From contig DASRDZ010000013.1 of assembly GCA_035652335.1 (NCBI GenBank), forward strand, positions 6,154 to 70,153: a stretch of 64,000 nt of DNA, read 5' to 3'. Source of the DNA: Candidatus Dormiibacterota bacterium. Lineage in GTDB: Bacteria > Chloroflexota > Dormibacteria > Aeolococcales > Aeolococcaceae. Both the position numbers and the translations under genes were made by a program. Shown here piece by piece: positions 9,050 to 20,021 of this stretch; the stretch's first letter is position 1; every line of letters begins with the position of its first letter. The notes under the pieces are model-generated. The model was not told where the DNA came from, searched no databases, and worked only from the letters and a program-made list of their open reading frames with translations.

Positions 9050-9667
9050 CTACGGGACCAGGGTGCCCCTCCAGACGATCCGGTCGTAGTCCCGCCACCA
9101 GGGCGTGCAGGTGATCAGCGTGATGTCGTGGCCCGTGGTGGAGACGAGCTGGGTCACGTGGTTGGGCGACAGCGTCCAGGTCTGGGTGATGCGGTAGGTG
9201 TAGGTGGTGCAGGAGCGGTCCTGCACCGTCACCAGGTCGCCGACCTTGAGCTGGTCGATGTGCTCGTAGTGGGGCTCGCGGTGGAAGGCGATGATGACGT
9301 TGCCCTGCTGGCCCGGCGCCGCGCTGGTGGTGTAGTGGACCATCGAGCGCTCGTGCAGCATGTTCCAGTCACCGTTGCCCGCGACTCCGGTGTAGCCGTA
9401 CTGGGGCAGGCTGGGGAAGCCGACCAGGGCGTAGTCCTGGGCGGGGGCCGCGTTGGGCTTGCAGGCGCTCGGCGCCGCCGTCGGCGCGGTGGAGGTGCCG
9501 GCGATGGCATCGGGGTCGTGTGGTGCGGCCCCGGTGAGCGCCGCCGCGCCGCCGCTGTTCCAGTCGCGCAGCGCCTGGTCGTCGGCGTTGCCGCGCACCC
9601 AGGTGCTGATCACCGGCACGGCGATGACCGCGATGCCCCCCGCGATGAGCAGTCCTCCCACCACCAT
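9050..9667 (-). CDS. Sortase-family transpeptidase (class E-like)
   Basis: C-terminal part of ORF 9050..10843. ATG at 9667, an N-terminal TM ('MVVGGLLIAGGIAVIAVPVI'), a 'HREP' His motif and the catalytic 'DITLITC' Cys motif. Confidence 0.7.
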   Translation of the reverse strand: MVVGGLLIAGGIAVIAVPVISTWVRGNADDQALRDWNSGGAAALTGAAPHDPDAIAGTSTAPTAAPSACKPNAAPAQDYALVGFPSLPQYGYTGVAGNGDWNMLHERSMVHYTTSAAPGQQGNVIIAFHREPHYEHIDQLKVGDLVTVQDRSCTTYTYRITQTWTLSPNHVTQLVSTTGHDITLITCTPWWRDYDRIVWRGTLVP

Positions 9668-9726
9668 CAGCGCGCGCGACGGCCAGCGCCTCCCACCCCT
9701 GGTGTCCGTCGCGGCGGCGATGCCGT

Positions 9727-10929
<1,203 letters not shown>

Positions 10930-11212
10930 GGTGAGGAAGGGAAGGGGTGCCGGGAAGGGGTGGGAGGGCGGACGATTCTCAGTGTCACCGATCGGGACGC
11001 GCTTCAAACACGCGCGCGCGGGCACCGCCCGTGGTCCCGAGTCTGACGGGCGGGGGCTTCGTGCAGTTAAACAACGCGCCGGCGGGGCCGTTGGTCACAC
11101 CCGACCGGTGACCTTCTCCCGCAGACGGAGGCGCCGGGCGCCCGCGATGATCGCCGCGATCGGAGCAGAGCGGTCGAGAGGTGGTGGCGATGGTTCGGTG
11201 GGAGAGACCGGT

Positions 11213-11419
11213 ATGAGGCGGCGACCCAAGCCGGTGGTGGTGCCGATGCGGCCCGTCCCCGAGGCCTACTCGGGACACCGGGCCCGCTGCCCGGGCTGCG
11301 GCGAGGAGGGCGCCGAGGTGGTCGGGGTGATCGCGCTCCGGCTGGTCTTCCGCTGCGGGCAGTGCGGGGTGAAGTTCCACCGCACCGACCGCTGGCTGGC
11401 GGTGGCGAACCACCTCTAG
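11213..11419 (+). CDS. Small zinc-ribbon protein (68 aa, CPGCG…CGQCG)
   Basis: ATG 11213 with RBS GGGAGAG 6 nt upstream. GC3-rich. The paired CxxCG motifs lie 20 aa apart. It is embedded in the spurious ORF 10337..11419. Confidence 0.5.
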   Translation: MRRRPKPVVVPMRPVPEAYSGHRARCPGCGEEGAEVVGVIALRLVFRCGQCGVKFHRTDRWLAVANHL

Positions 11420-11493
11420 GCTGCCGGCCGGAGCAAGCCGGCTCTTGGACCAACCGTCGGAGTACCGGCGGACTCTGGCCGCAACGCGGACGC

Positions 11494-12072
11494 TCAGCGG
11501 CGCCCCCGCCCCGATGGCAGCCCCTCCCGGGTGACGTAGCGCATCAGGCTCTTGCGCAGGGTGTTGTCCCTCCGCCCCCGCGCCAGCTCGCTGAGCGCCG
11601 CCTCGGTGCACATGGCCACGTAGAGCCGGGCCGTCGGCGCCGGGTCCGGCCAGCCCTCGGCGCGCAGGTCCTGCTCGACGAGCCGGGTGACCCGCGCAGT
11701 GCGCGTCGCCACCTCGTCGGCGATGCTCGGCTCGGCGCGCGCGTCGAGGAGGAGCGCGCGCACCGTGCGCTCCCGCAGTGCGGCGTCGAGGAACGCGGTG
11801 GTGGCGGCGACCAGGCGCGCCGTCCCCGGCTTGATCCCGTCGACGGCGGCCTCGACGTCCTCGACCAGCGCATCGTGGAAGCCGCGATGCAGCTCCAGCA
11901 GGAAGGCGGAGCGGTCGACGAAGTGCACGTAGAAGCTGCCCTTGCCCACGCCGGCCGCGGCAGCGACGTCGTTCACACTCATGTTGGCCATGCCGTTCTC
12001 GTCGGCGAGACGGAGGCCTGCGTCGAGCAGCGCGATGCGCTTGCCCTCGGGATCCCGGACGCGCTTCTTCAT
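11494..12072 (-). CDS. TetR/AcrR-family transcriptional regulator
   Basis: ORF 11494..12072. N-terminal HTH 'MSVNDVAAAAGVGKGSFYVHFVDRSAFL'. Confidence 0.85.
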   Translation of the reverse strand: MKKRVRDPEGKRIALLDAGLRLADENGMANMSVNDVAAAAGVGKGSFYVHFVDRSAFLLELHRGFHDALVEDVEAAVDGIKPGTARLVAATTAFLDAALRERTVRALLLDARAEPSIADEVATRTARVTRLVEQDLRAEGWPDPAPTARLYVAMCTEAALSELARGRRDNTLRKSLMRYVTREGLPSGRGRR

Positions 12073-12248
12073 GGGCGCGACCGTAGCACAGCGTTCGAGC
12101 GGCGGACCGGGCGCCCGGTCTGTTCACATGGGCGACGGTTTGGGGCCGACCCGGCCGTCACGCGGGAGAGCTGCGGACGGCCGGGCGGTTGGAGGGGGAG
12201 TTGCCGGAGGAGAGGTGGCAGGAGGGGCGCCTCCTCCTGCCGGCCAGG

Positions 12249-12458
12249 TCAGCCGTGCACCACGACCTGGCCTGCGCGACCGACGGCGTGCCCCGCGTCC
12301 TCGACCGCGAACGGGAACGCCACCTCGGTCCCGCAGCCCATGCAGTGGGCGTGCAGACCCTGTGCGGAGTCGACCAGGGTGCGGCGGCGGCCGCCGCAGG
12401 TGCCGCAGGCGACGATGCGGCGCACCGAGAAGGGGAAGGAGAGAGGTCGCGTGGGCAT
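12249..12458 (-). CDS. Small zinc-ribbon protein (~69 aa, CGTCG…CMGCG)
   Basis: 3' part of ORF 12249..12521. The ATG at 12458 has GAGGA 7 nt upstream; longer starts at 12497 or 12521 are possible. GC3-rich codons. A GGCAGGAGG/CCTCCTGCC hairpin sits just downstream of its stop. Confidence 0.4.
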   Translation of the reverse strand: MPTRPLSFPFSVRRIVACGTCGGRRRTLVDSAQGLHAHCMGCGTEVAFPFAVEDAGHAVGRAGQVVVHG

Positions 12459-12613
12459 CGGTCGGTCCTCGCTGTTCTGGACGACGTGGTCCAGCATGAC
12501 CCGCGCGGCGCGGCGGTTCATCGCGCGGGTTGCACGAAACCTTGCAGCCTGCGGTTGGGCAGCGCGACCCGGCGGCGCTGGCCCGGGGAGCGCCGCTCTG
12601 CTAGGTTGCCGCC

Positions 12614-13342
12614 ATGCGTGACCCGGACCAGGTGGAGGTGGTGGCGGTCAACTCCGCCGGCTTCGCCGCGCCCGCGGGGATGACCGCCGATCCCGTCGTG
12701 CTCGCCCCGCTGCACGGGCGCCTCCACGTCCTGCTCACCCGGCGCGACACGCCGCCCCAGGTGGGCCGCTGGGCGCTGCCCGGCGGCTTCATGAACCCCG
12801 AGGAGCGTGCGGAGGAGACGGCGCAGCGCAAGCTCACCGAGAAGACCGGTGTCGGCGCCGTCTACCTGGAGCAGCTGCAGACCTACGCCGAGCCGGCGCG
12901 CGACCCCCGCGGCTGGATCCCCTCGGTCGCCTACCTGGCGCTGATCGACGCGGCGGTGCTGCGCGACTCCGCCGCGGCGCGCTGGTTCCCCGTCGACGAG
13001 CTGCCCCTGCCGCTCGCCTTCGACCACGCGCGCATCGTCGCCGACGGGGTCGAGCGCCTCCGCGGCAAGCTCTGGTACTCGAACATCGCCCTCGGCCTGC
13101 TCCCGGAGAAGTTCACCATGCCCCAGGCGCGGCGCCTCTTCGAGGCGATCAGCGGGGTGCGCTACGAGGCCTCCAACTTCCGGCGCGAGCTGGAGCAGTC
13201 GGGCCTGGTGCGCTCCACGGGCGAGCGCGTGAAGGGCGTGCCCGGGCGGCCCGCGACGCTCTACGAGTTCGTCTCGCGCCAGCCGGCCTGGTCGCTGCGC
13301 CGCTCCCGCCAGCCCGCCATGCTGGGGGAGCGCAGCGCCTGA
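12614..13342 (+). CDS. NrtR-like Nudix-related transcriptional regulator (Nudix domain + C-terminal winged-helix)
   Basis: ORF 12614..13342. Nudix box 'GGFMNPEERAEETAQRKLTEKTG', and a C-terminal 'KFTMPQARRLFEAISGVRYEASNFRRELEQSGLV…GRPATLYEF' typical of the NrtR DNA-binding domain. Confidence 0.7.
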   Translation: MRDPDQVEVVAVNSAGFAAPAGMTADPVVLAPLHGRLHVLLTRRDTPPQVGRWALPGGFMNPEERAEETAQRKLTEKTGVGAVYLEQLQTYAEPARDPRGWIPSVAYLALIDAAVLRDSAAARWFPVDELPLPLAFDHARIVADGVERLRGKLWYSNIALGLLPEKFTMPQARRLFEAISGVRYEASNFRRELEQSGLVRSTGERVKGVPGRPATLYEFVSRQPAWSLRRSRQPAMLGERSA

Positions 13343-13360
13343 CGCCCGCGGCGGGCGCGG

Positions 13361-14407
13361 CTAGGGAGTGCTCGGAGCCGGCGTGGCGCCGGGCGTCGTC
13401 GCCGGGTCCTGGGCGGCCTTGGTCTCGGCCAGCACCTTGTTGGCGCGGTCGTCGATGAGGCGGGTCACCGCCAGCTGGGCGAAGCCGAACAGCGCGGCGT
13501 AGCCGAGCACGCGCGCGCCGTCCTGCGGACCGACGACGCCGAGCAAGCCGCGCTGCATGATCAGCACGCCGACGTAGCCGGTGACGGCGCCGGCGGGCAC
13601 CTTGAGCACCGCCTGCACGACGCTGAGCCCGAAGGGACCGCCGTAGGGATCGAGGTTGCGCAGCGCAACGATGGCGGACAGGAGGCCGCCCAGCCCGGCG
13701 ATGAGCAGCACCTCGCCGACGCCGGGCGTGCCGCTGCCGGAGTTGGGCGCGATGGGCTGCAGGTTGAGGCCCGAGGTCCAGAAGTGGTCGGCGAGGCCGA
13801 GGAAGAGGGCGAGCACCCCGCACATGCCCGCGACGGCGAGCTGGATGTTGCGCAGGGCGCGCCGCTGCGCGTGCACCTGGTCGGAGCGCGCGTCGACCAG
13901 CTGGCGGATCTCGCGCAGGGCGTTGCGGTCGCTGTCGGCGACAACCGTGCCGGGCTTCGACGCCGCCACCGTGCTGAGCACCGCGGTGTAGGTGACGCAG
14001 CGCGGGTCGTCCTTGGCCATGCCGAGCTGGTCGAAGGCGCGGCGCAGCTGGGCGACCTCGCGGCGCACCGCGTCGTCGTCCATGAGCAGGAGCATCGCCT
14101 CCTCGGCGCGGTGGATGGCCAGCCAGGCGGATTCGATGGGCGCCCCGGTCAGCATCGCCAGGGTCAGCCGCTCCAGGTGCTCCCGGGTCGACATGCGCGT
14201 GCTCGCGGTGGCCAGCCGTGCGTGGCGGCGGGCGCTGGCCAGGGCCAGCGCGGCCACCGCGTTGTCGGTGGGGTGCGCCTCGCGGGACGCCTGCGCCGCG
14301 CGCGCCAGGTCCTCCTCGTCGCGCACGATGCGGTCGCGGACCTGCACCCGCCAGGGTGCCCACACCACGCCCTGGGGCTCGTCGTACTGCTCGGGGTTGA
14401 CCGCCAT
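13361..14407 (-). CDS. Hypothetical integral membrane protein (348 aa)
   Basis: 3' part of ORF 13361..14653. ATG 14407 has GAGGTGA 6 nt upstream. The C-terminal half holds 4-5 TM segments. It lies 6 nt downstream of the DUF190 gene, so it is likely co-transcribed. Confidence 0.55.
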   Translation of the reverse strand: MAVNPEQYDEPQGVVWAPWRVQVRDRIVRDEEDLARAAQASREAHPTDNAVAALALASARRHARLATASTRMSTREHLERLTLAMLTGAPIESAWLAIHRAEEAMLLLMDDDAVRREVAQLRRAFDQLGMAKDDPRCVTYTAVLSTVAASKPGTVVADSDRNALREIRQLVDARSDQVHAQRRALRNIQLAVAGMCGVLALFLGLADHFWTSGLNLQPIAPNSGSGTPGVGEVLLIAGLGGLLSAIVALRNLDPYGGPFGLSVVQAVLKVPAGAVTGYVGVLIMQRGLLGVVGPQDGARVLGYAALFGFAQLAVTRLIDDRANKVLAETKAAQDPATTPGATPAPSTP

Positions 14408-14412
14408 GGGAC

Positions 14413-14763
14413 TCACCTCACGTCGTGGGGGGGAACCAGCATCGTCACGTCCTCGACGGTGACCACCGCCTGCTGCACGAGGGGCTCGAGTTGCGGCCAG
14501 ATCTGGTCGAAACGATCGGGCCGCTCCAGCCACTCGACGAGCACCGGGGCGTTGGCGCCGAGGTCGACGAGGTGCGCCGAGTGCATGACGTGGCGGGCAC
14601 CGAAGCCCTCGACCGCGTTGAACACGGTCACCCCGGAGGCGCGCTCCCGCCACAGCAGCTGCACGATCGCGGTGGCCAGAGGGGTGTGGCCGGTGCGATC
14701 GCTCTGCTCGCAGTAGATGCGCACGCGCTTGCCCGTCGGCGTCGAGGACATCGCCGCCATCAT
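14413..14763 (-). CDS. DUF190 (PII-like) protein, the usual CrcB partner
   Basis: 3' part of ORF 14413..15330. 'KRVRIYCEQSDRTGHTPLATAIVQLLWRERASGVTVFNAVEGFGA' matches the DUF190 family. ATGATG start; the crcB TGA overlaps the first ATG. Confidence 0.7.
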   Translation of the reverse strand: MMAAMSSTPTGKRVRIYCEQSDRTGHTPLATAIVQLLWRERASGVTVFNAVEGFGARHVMHSAHLVDLGANAPVLVEWLERPDRFDQIWPQLEPLVQQAVVTVEDVTMLVPPHDVR

Positions 14764-15152
14764 GCGCCGCCGAGCGCCTGGCCGCCAGCCCAGCCGAGCG
14801 CCACCGCGCCGAGGCCGAGCAGCACGCTGGCCACCACGTAGGCGACGGCCTGGCCCACCGCGCGGTCCTGGAGCATGGAGAACAGCTCGTACCCGAAGGT
14901 CGAGAAGGTGGTGTACGCGCCGCAGAATCCCACCGAGACGACCAGGCTCCAGCCGGGATGCGGCATCTGCCGCGCCGACCAGCCGATGAAGCCGCCCAGC
15001 AGCAGGCTGCCGGTGACGTTGATGGTCAGCGTCGCCCAGGGGAAGCCTGGCGTCACCACGCGCGAGAAGAGCACGCCGAGCCAGTAGCGCGCGTTGGCGC
15101 CGAGCACCGCGCCGGCGGAGATGAGCAGGATGCGGAGGGGGACTGCGGGCAT
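14760..15152 (-). CDS. crcB: Fluoride ion channel CrcB/FluC
   Basis: 3' part of ORF 14760..16385, 130 aa. 'GANARYWLGVLFS…TLTINVTGSLLLG…GFCGAYTTFSTF'. ATG at 15152, 5 nt after the upstream TAG. Confidence 0.85.
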   Translation of the reverse strand: MPAVPLRILLISAGAVLGANARYWLGVLFSRVVTPGFPWATLTINVTGSLLLGGFIGWSARQMPHPGWSLVVSVGFCGAYTTFSTFGYELFSMLQDRAVGQAVAYVVASVLLGLGAVALGWAGGQALGGA

Positions 15153-15157
15153 CGGTC

Positions 15158-16738
15158 CTAGGGGTCGACCAGCACGCCGGGGTTGAGGACGCCGGCGGGG
15201 TCGAGAGTGTGCTTGGCGCTGCGCAGCGCCTCGGCGAACAGGTCGGGTCGCTGCCGGTCGTACCACGGGCGGTGGTCGCGCCCGACGGCGTGGTGGTGCG
15301 TGATGGTGCCGCCCGCGTCGAGGATGGCATCCGACACCGCCTGCTTGACGTCGCACCAGGCGGCCAGCTGCGAGCCGGGCGAGGCCGCGGCGATCACCGT
15401 GTAGTACGGCGCCGGCCCGTCGGGATAGACGTGGGTGACGCGACAGGAGACGATCCCCTTGGCGATGTGCTCGCGCGCGGCGTGCAGCACGCGCTCGTGG
15501 AAGGCGGCGAAGGCGTCCCAGGTCACGGCGGTCTCGAAGGTCTCGCTGACGACGCCGAGCGACACCAGCGCGTCGCGGACGTAGGGCGCGCGCAGGAAGG
15601 CGCTGCGCCACGTCGCGGTGGCGTCGCCCTCGCGCTCGCGCTTCGGCTGGGCGACGCCACCCCTGCCGGCGCAGATCTCCACCGCACGGGCCAGGGCCGC
15701 GTCGCATGGATGGTCGTGCGACTCGAAGCCGAGGAGCAGAAGCGAGGCGCTGCCGTCGCCGCTGCCGCTGACCAGCGCCTCCAGGTTGTCGAGCAGGCGG
15801 CAGTTGGCCGGGTTGAGGCCGGACTGGGCCACAACTCGCGTCGCCTCGACGGCGTCGTCGAAGCGCGCGAATGCGACGGCGGAGGCGGCGCGATGCGACG
15901 GCGGCTGCTGCAGGCGCATCCACGCCTCGGTGATCACGCCGAGGACGCCCTCGCTGCCGAGGAAGAGCCGGTCGGGGCTCGGTCCCGCGCCGCTGGCGGG
16001 CAGGCGGCGCGTCTGCACGACGCCGCGGGGGGTGACCACGCGCATGGACTCGACGAAGTCGTCGATGTGCGTGTGCAGGGTGGCGTAGTGGCCTCCGGAG
16101 CGGGTGGCCAGCCAGCCCCCGAGGGTGGAGAACTGGAAGGACTGCGGGTAGTGGCGCATCGTCAGCCCGTGCGGCGCGAGCTGCTCCTCCAGCGCCGGGC
16201 CCAGCACGCCCGCCTCGATCCGCGCGGCGCGCGAGCACGGGTCGACGTCGAGCACGCGCTGCATCGCCCGCATGTCGAGCGACACCGCTCCGCGGTACGC
16301 GTCGCCGACCGCCGGCTCGACGCCCCCGACGACGCTCGTCCCACCGCCGAAGGGGATGCAGGCGACGCGGGCCTCGCCGCACCACTCCAGCGCCGCCACC
16401 ACGTCCGGCTCGTGGCGCGGGCGCAGCACCAGGTCAGGCGGGTGCTCGACCCGGCCCTCGAAGGCGCGCACCACGTCCGAGAAGGAGCGCCCGTAGGCGT
16501 GGGCGGCGCGGTCGCGGCGGTCGTCGCTGCTGATCTCCCGCAGCGTGGGCGGTGGGGCCACGCGCGGCGCGGGCAGGTCGACGTCCTCGATGCGCGGGGC
16601 GGGGCGGGGACGGAGGTCGCCGAGGCCGAGCAGCGGGCCGACCATGGCGGCGAGGCCGGCGACCTCCTCGGCGCCAAGCGCCGCATCCTCGTAGCCCCAG
16701 CCCCACCAGGAGAGCCGGCGCGCGGCTGTCTCGGTCAC
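15158..16738 (-). CDS. FAD-linked oxidase (GlcD / alkyl-DHAP-synthase-like family)
   Basis: ORF 15158..16867. The start is set at GTG 16738 ('VTETAARRLSWWGWGYED…'), because the longer 5' extension is a low-complexity G/P/R read-through. An FAD-binding PCMH domain and a C-terminal oxidase domain are recognisable. Confidence 0.7.
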   Translation of the reverse strand: MTETAARRLSWWGWGYEDAALGAEEVAGLAAMVGPLLGLGDLRPRPAPRIEDVDLPAPRVAPPPTLREISSDDRRDRAAHAYGRSFSDVVRAFEGRVEHPPDLVLRPRHEPDVVAALEWCGEARVACIPFGGGTSVVGGVEPAVGDAYRGAVSLDMRAMQRVLDVDPCSRAARIEAGVLGPALEEQLAPHGLTMRHYPQSFQFSTLGGWLATRSGGHYATLHTHIDDFVESMRVVTPRGVVQTRRLPASGAGPSPDRLFLGSEGVLGVITEAWMRLQQPPSHRAASAVAFARFDDAVEATRVVAQSGLNPANCRLLDNLEALVSGSGDGSASLLLLGFESHDHPCDAALARAVEICAGRGGVAQPKREREGDATATWRSAFLRAPYVRDALVSLGVVSETFETAVTWDAFAAFHERVLHAAREHIAKGIVSCRVTHVYPDGPAPYYTVIAAASPGSQLAAWCDVKQAVSDAILDAGGTITHHHAVGRDHRPWYDRQRPDLFAEALRSAKHTLDPAGVLNPGVLVDP

Positions 16739-17089
16739 GGCGGGGACGATAGCCCGCCCGCACGCGGGCGCGCACCGCCGCGGACCGCTCCGCTCCCCGG
16801 TACCGAGTGCCCCTGGAGCCGGCGCCGGTCGTGGCGGCGATGGCCGCCCCCCGGCCAACAATTGCACCTTGACTTAATTCAACAGTCCTTTACCCGACGC
16901 GGTGGACGCTGTCCCGGCGAAGAGGATCATCCGTGGCCTCGCGGGTGTGCATGATGCGCAACCGAACGAACGGTCCGTCAGGGGCACACGAGCCAGCAGA
17001 GGGTTTGCGCCATGTTCGTCGCCCTGTCCGGCAATCTGGCTTCGCCCCATGAGGCGAGCCCTCGGGGATGGCGCGGCCCCCGCCTTTTG

Positions 17090-20014
17090 ATGGTTGCGGT
17101 GACGGCCGCACTGGTGGCCCTGCCGTTCGCAGGGGCGGTCCAGGCGAACGCCTCCTCGCCTCCGGCGAGCGCCAGCGAGCTCCGCACCGACGGCGCCAAT
17201 CTCGATCCGAGCGTCGACAGCGTGTCCGCAACCACCTCGCTCAGCGCGCTCCGCTTCTGGCAGTTCACCCTCGGCAACAACCAGAGCACCGCTCTCAACG
17301 GTGCGCAGGTCGCCGTCGACACCACGGGACCGTGCTCGCCGAGCCCCTGCCCCAGCCTGACCGCGACCAATCCCTCGACCAGCCAGCCCGAGTTCGGCTT
17401 CGCGTTCTCCAACCCGAGCGTCGGGGGCAACCTCGCCAACGGTCCCGGCAACACGCCGTGCCCGGCCCCGGCGTCGACGCTGGAGACCTGTCCGGGCGTC
17501 GGCGCGACCGTCGCGCCGATCAGCCGGATGACCGTCTACACCTCGCCCAACCCGCAGAGCGGGGTGCCGACCAGCATGACCACGGGGTACGACGCCTCAC
17601 GCTCCCTGGGCACCACCGGCGGCGGCGGGGACGCACCCTTCGCACTGACGGTCAGGTTGAACGACGTGCGCTACACCAACGCCACCAACAACAACCAGAT
17701 CTTCGTCAACACCTTCAGCGACAACGTCGATGCCGGCCAGCCGCTGACCGTCACCGCCAACGGCTCACCGGTCCTGCAGTGTCCCCAGGCACCCGGCCAA
17801 GCCTGCTGGCAGCAGCTCCAGGTCAATTCGGAGCAGGTCCCGCAGCAGGGTGGTGGCACCGTCACCTGCAACAGCGCCGGGCTGTACCTGCAGCAGGCCC
17901 AGGACCTGACCACGTACGTGCTGGGAGCGCAGGAGAACGAGAACGCCACCGGTTGCCCCACCGGCAAGCCGGGTGTGAGCGTCACGGCCACCTCCCAGCC
18001 CCCGCTGTCCTCCCTGACGACGCCGTGCGACGTGAGCACCGACTGCACCACCACCGTGACCGACCCGACGCTCGGCAGCGTCCGCTTCTCGGTGGGCCCT
18101 GGCCAGGTGAACGGCTTCGGCACCTTCCAGGAGACCAACTGGGCGCTCCAGTTCTTCCCCGTCGCTCCGGCGCCCACGCCACAGCCTCCAGTCTTCCAGG
18201 ACCAGCGCCTCGACACCGCGAATCTCGATTCGAGCGTCGACAGCGTCTCTGCCGCCGCCCCCCTCGCCCAGCTGCGCGCCTGGCAGTTCCAGGCCTTCAA
18301 TCCCGCGTGCAGCTCGCCGCCGGCCTTCCCCTTCTGCAGCAACACCCCCTATCTCAACGGGAGCACCAGCCTCAGCGGCGCGCAGGCGGGGGTCGACACC
18401 ACGACGACCTGCCCGCCGGGGTCGTGCTCCGGCCCCAGCCTGACGGCGACCAACCCGTCGAACGGTCAACCTGAGTTCACCTTCTCCTACGCCAATCCGC
18501 AGAACGGCGGAGGGACGGGCAACACCCCGTGCCCGCCGCCGGCGCCCACCGCAACCCAGGAGACGTGCCCGACCGGCGGCACCACTCTCGCCCCCAGCGC
18601 CACCATGGGGGTGTTCACCTCACCCAATCCCCAGAACGGCGTGCCCCTCACCGAGACCACCGGCTACAACTCGTCCCGCGCCCTCGGCGCGACGGCGGGC
18701 AACGGTGACGCCCCGGCGACCCTGTCGGTCCAGCTCGTCGACTCGCGCTTCGCCGGCTCGGGCTTCGACAACCAGGTCTTCGCCCAGACCTTCAACGACA
18801 ACGTCGACGCGAGCTCTCCGCCCGTGCTGACCGGGAACGGCTCGCCCGTCCCGTCCTGTCCACAACCGCCGGGCACCGCCTGCGTGCAGCACCTCCAGAT
18901 CCAGTCCCAGACGCTGCCCGGGGGTGCCGTCTGCAACAGCGTCGACGCGGCCATCGACCACGCCCAGCTCACCACGCAGTACACCCTCAGCTTCGAGGAG
19001 AACGAGACCAACGCCAACGGCTGCCCGTCCGGGAAGCCGTCAGCGCGCATCACCGCCCAATCCCAGCCGCCGCCGTCGCAGGCGATGCCCTGCACCGACA
19101 ACGGGACGGTGTGCGCCGCCACGCTCACCGACCCGACGCTCGGCGCCGTGAGCTTCGCGGTCGCCTCGGGCCAGGTGAACAGCATCCAGATGATCCAGCA
19201 GCCCGAGTACGTCGTCCAGTACATGTCGGCGCCGCAGCGGGGGACCCTGACCCTCACCGTCCCCGCTCCCAACCCGGTCGCGGTGAACACGCCCGACCCC
19301 GTCGCCCCGTCCTTCACCGACAGCATCCAAGGCGGTGACAGCTACACGTGCTCGATCACCTGGGGCGACACCTCGCCGCCGGTGGTGATCGCGTGGCCGG
19401 TCAACAACCCGCCGGGCGGACCGGCCACCTGCGTCAGCGGGCCCGGCCAGACGGCGCCGCCGAGCCACGTCTACACCGCGGCGGGCGTGTACACGGTGAC
19501 CGTCACCATCAACGACAGCGACGGCTCCATGGCGAGCGCGTCGGTGCTCGCGGTGGTGTACGACCCCAACGCCGGCTTCGTCACCGGCGGCGGATGGATC
19601 ACCTCGCCGCCAGGGGCATACGTGCCCAGTCCGAGCCTGACCGGCCGCGCCAACTTCGGCTTCGTCTCCCAGTACCACACGGGTGCCAATGTGCCCGACG
19701 GCCAGACCGAGTTCCAGTTCCAGCTCGCCGGCTTCGACTTCCACAGTGACGCGTACCAGTGGCTGGTGGTCTCCGGGGCCAAGGCGCAGTACAAGGGGAC
19801 CGGTGAGGTCAACGGCACCAGCGGCTACAGCTTCATGCTCACCGCCCTCGACGGCGCCCTGCTGGGCAACGGCTCGCCGGACGGCTTCCGCATCAAGATC
19901 TGGCAGACGAGCACCGGCACCCTCGTCTACGACAACGTGCTCGGCTCGCCGGACACGCTGGCCAGCGGCACCGAGCCGCTCGGCGGCGGCAGCATCGTCA
20001 TCCACAAGACCTGA
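17090..20014 (+). CDS. Large secreted Cys-rich protein with two tandem ~342-aa repeats and a PKD-like domain
   Basis: ORF 17012..20014. ATG 17090 gives the signal peptide MVAVTAALVALPFAGAVQANA. Repeat 1 is ~17175-18200 and repeat 2 ~18201-19230, with clear DNA-level identity. The PKD-like block is 'YTCSITWGDT…HVYTAAGVYTVTVTINDSDG'. Confidence 0.7.
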   Translation: MVAVTAALVALPFAGAVQANASSPPASASELRTDGANLDPSVDSVSATTSLSALRFWQFTLGNNQSTALNGAQVAVDTTGPCSPSPCPSLTATNPSTSQPEFGFAFSNPSVGGNLANGPGNTPCPAPASTLETCPGVGATVAPISRMTVYTSPNPQSGVPTSMTTGYDASRSLGTTGGGGDAPFALTVRLNDVRYTNATNNNQIFVNTFSDNVDAGQPLTVTANGSPVLQCPQAPGQACWQQLQVNSEQVPQQGGGTVTCNSAGLYLQQAQDLTTYVLGAQENENATGCPTGKPGVSVTATSQPPLSSLTTPCDVSTDCTTTVTDPTLGSVRFSVGPGQVNGFGTFQETNWALQFFPVAPAPTPQPPVFQDQRLDTANLDSSVDSVSAAAPLAQLRAWQFQAFNPACSSPPAFPFCSNTPYLNGSTSLSGAQAGVDTTTTCPPGSCSGPSLTATNPSNGQPEFTFSYANPQNGGGTGNTPCPPPAPTATQETCPTGGTTLAPSATMGVFTSPNPQNGVPLTETTGYNSSRALGATAGNGDAPATLSVQLVDSRFAGSGFDNQVFAQTFNDNVDASSPPVLTGNGSPVPSCPQPPGTACVQHLQIQSQTLPGGAVCNSVDAAIDHAQLTTQYTLSFEENETNANGCPSGKPSARITAQSQPPPSQAMPCTDNGTVCAATLTDPTLGAVSFAVASGQVNSIQMIQQPEYVVQYMSAPQRGTLTLTVPAPNPVAVNTPDPVAPSFTDSIQGGDSYTCSITWGDTSPPVVIAWPVNNPPGGPATCVSGPGQTAPPSHVYTAAGVYTVTVTINDSDGSMASASVLAVVYDPNAGFVTGGGWITSPPGAYVPSPSLTGRANFGFVSQYHTGANVPDGQTEFQFQLAGFDFHSDAYQWLVVSGAKAQYKGTGEVNGTSGYSFMLTALDGALLGNGSPDGFRIKIWQTSTGTLVYDNVLGSPDTLASGTEPLGGGSIVIHKT

Positions 20015-20021
20015 GCGCAGC

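Noticed and set aside
16800-16990. Possible fluoride riboswitch upstream of the crcB operon (GGCGGCGATGGCCGCC resembles the GGCGAUGG…CGCC half of the crcB motif)
   Set aside because: The match is on the plus strand while the operon is on minus. The second conserved segment (…CUAAUGA-UCCUAC) is not present. It reads better as a simple GC hairpin. It is still worth a covariance-model check.
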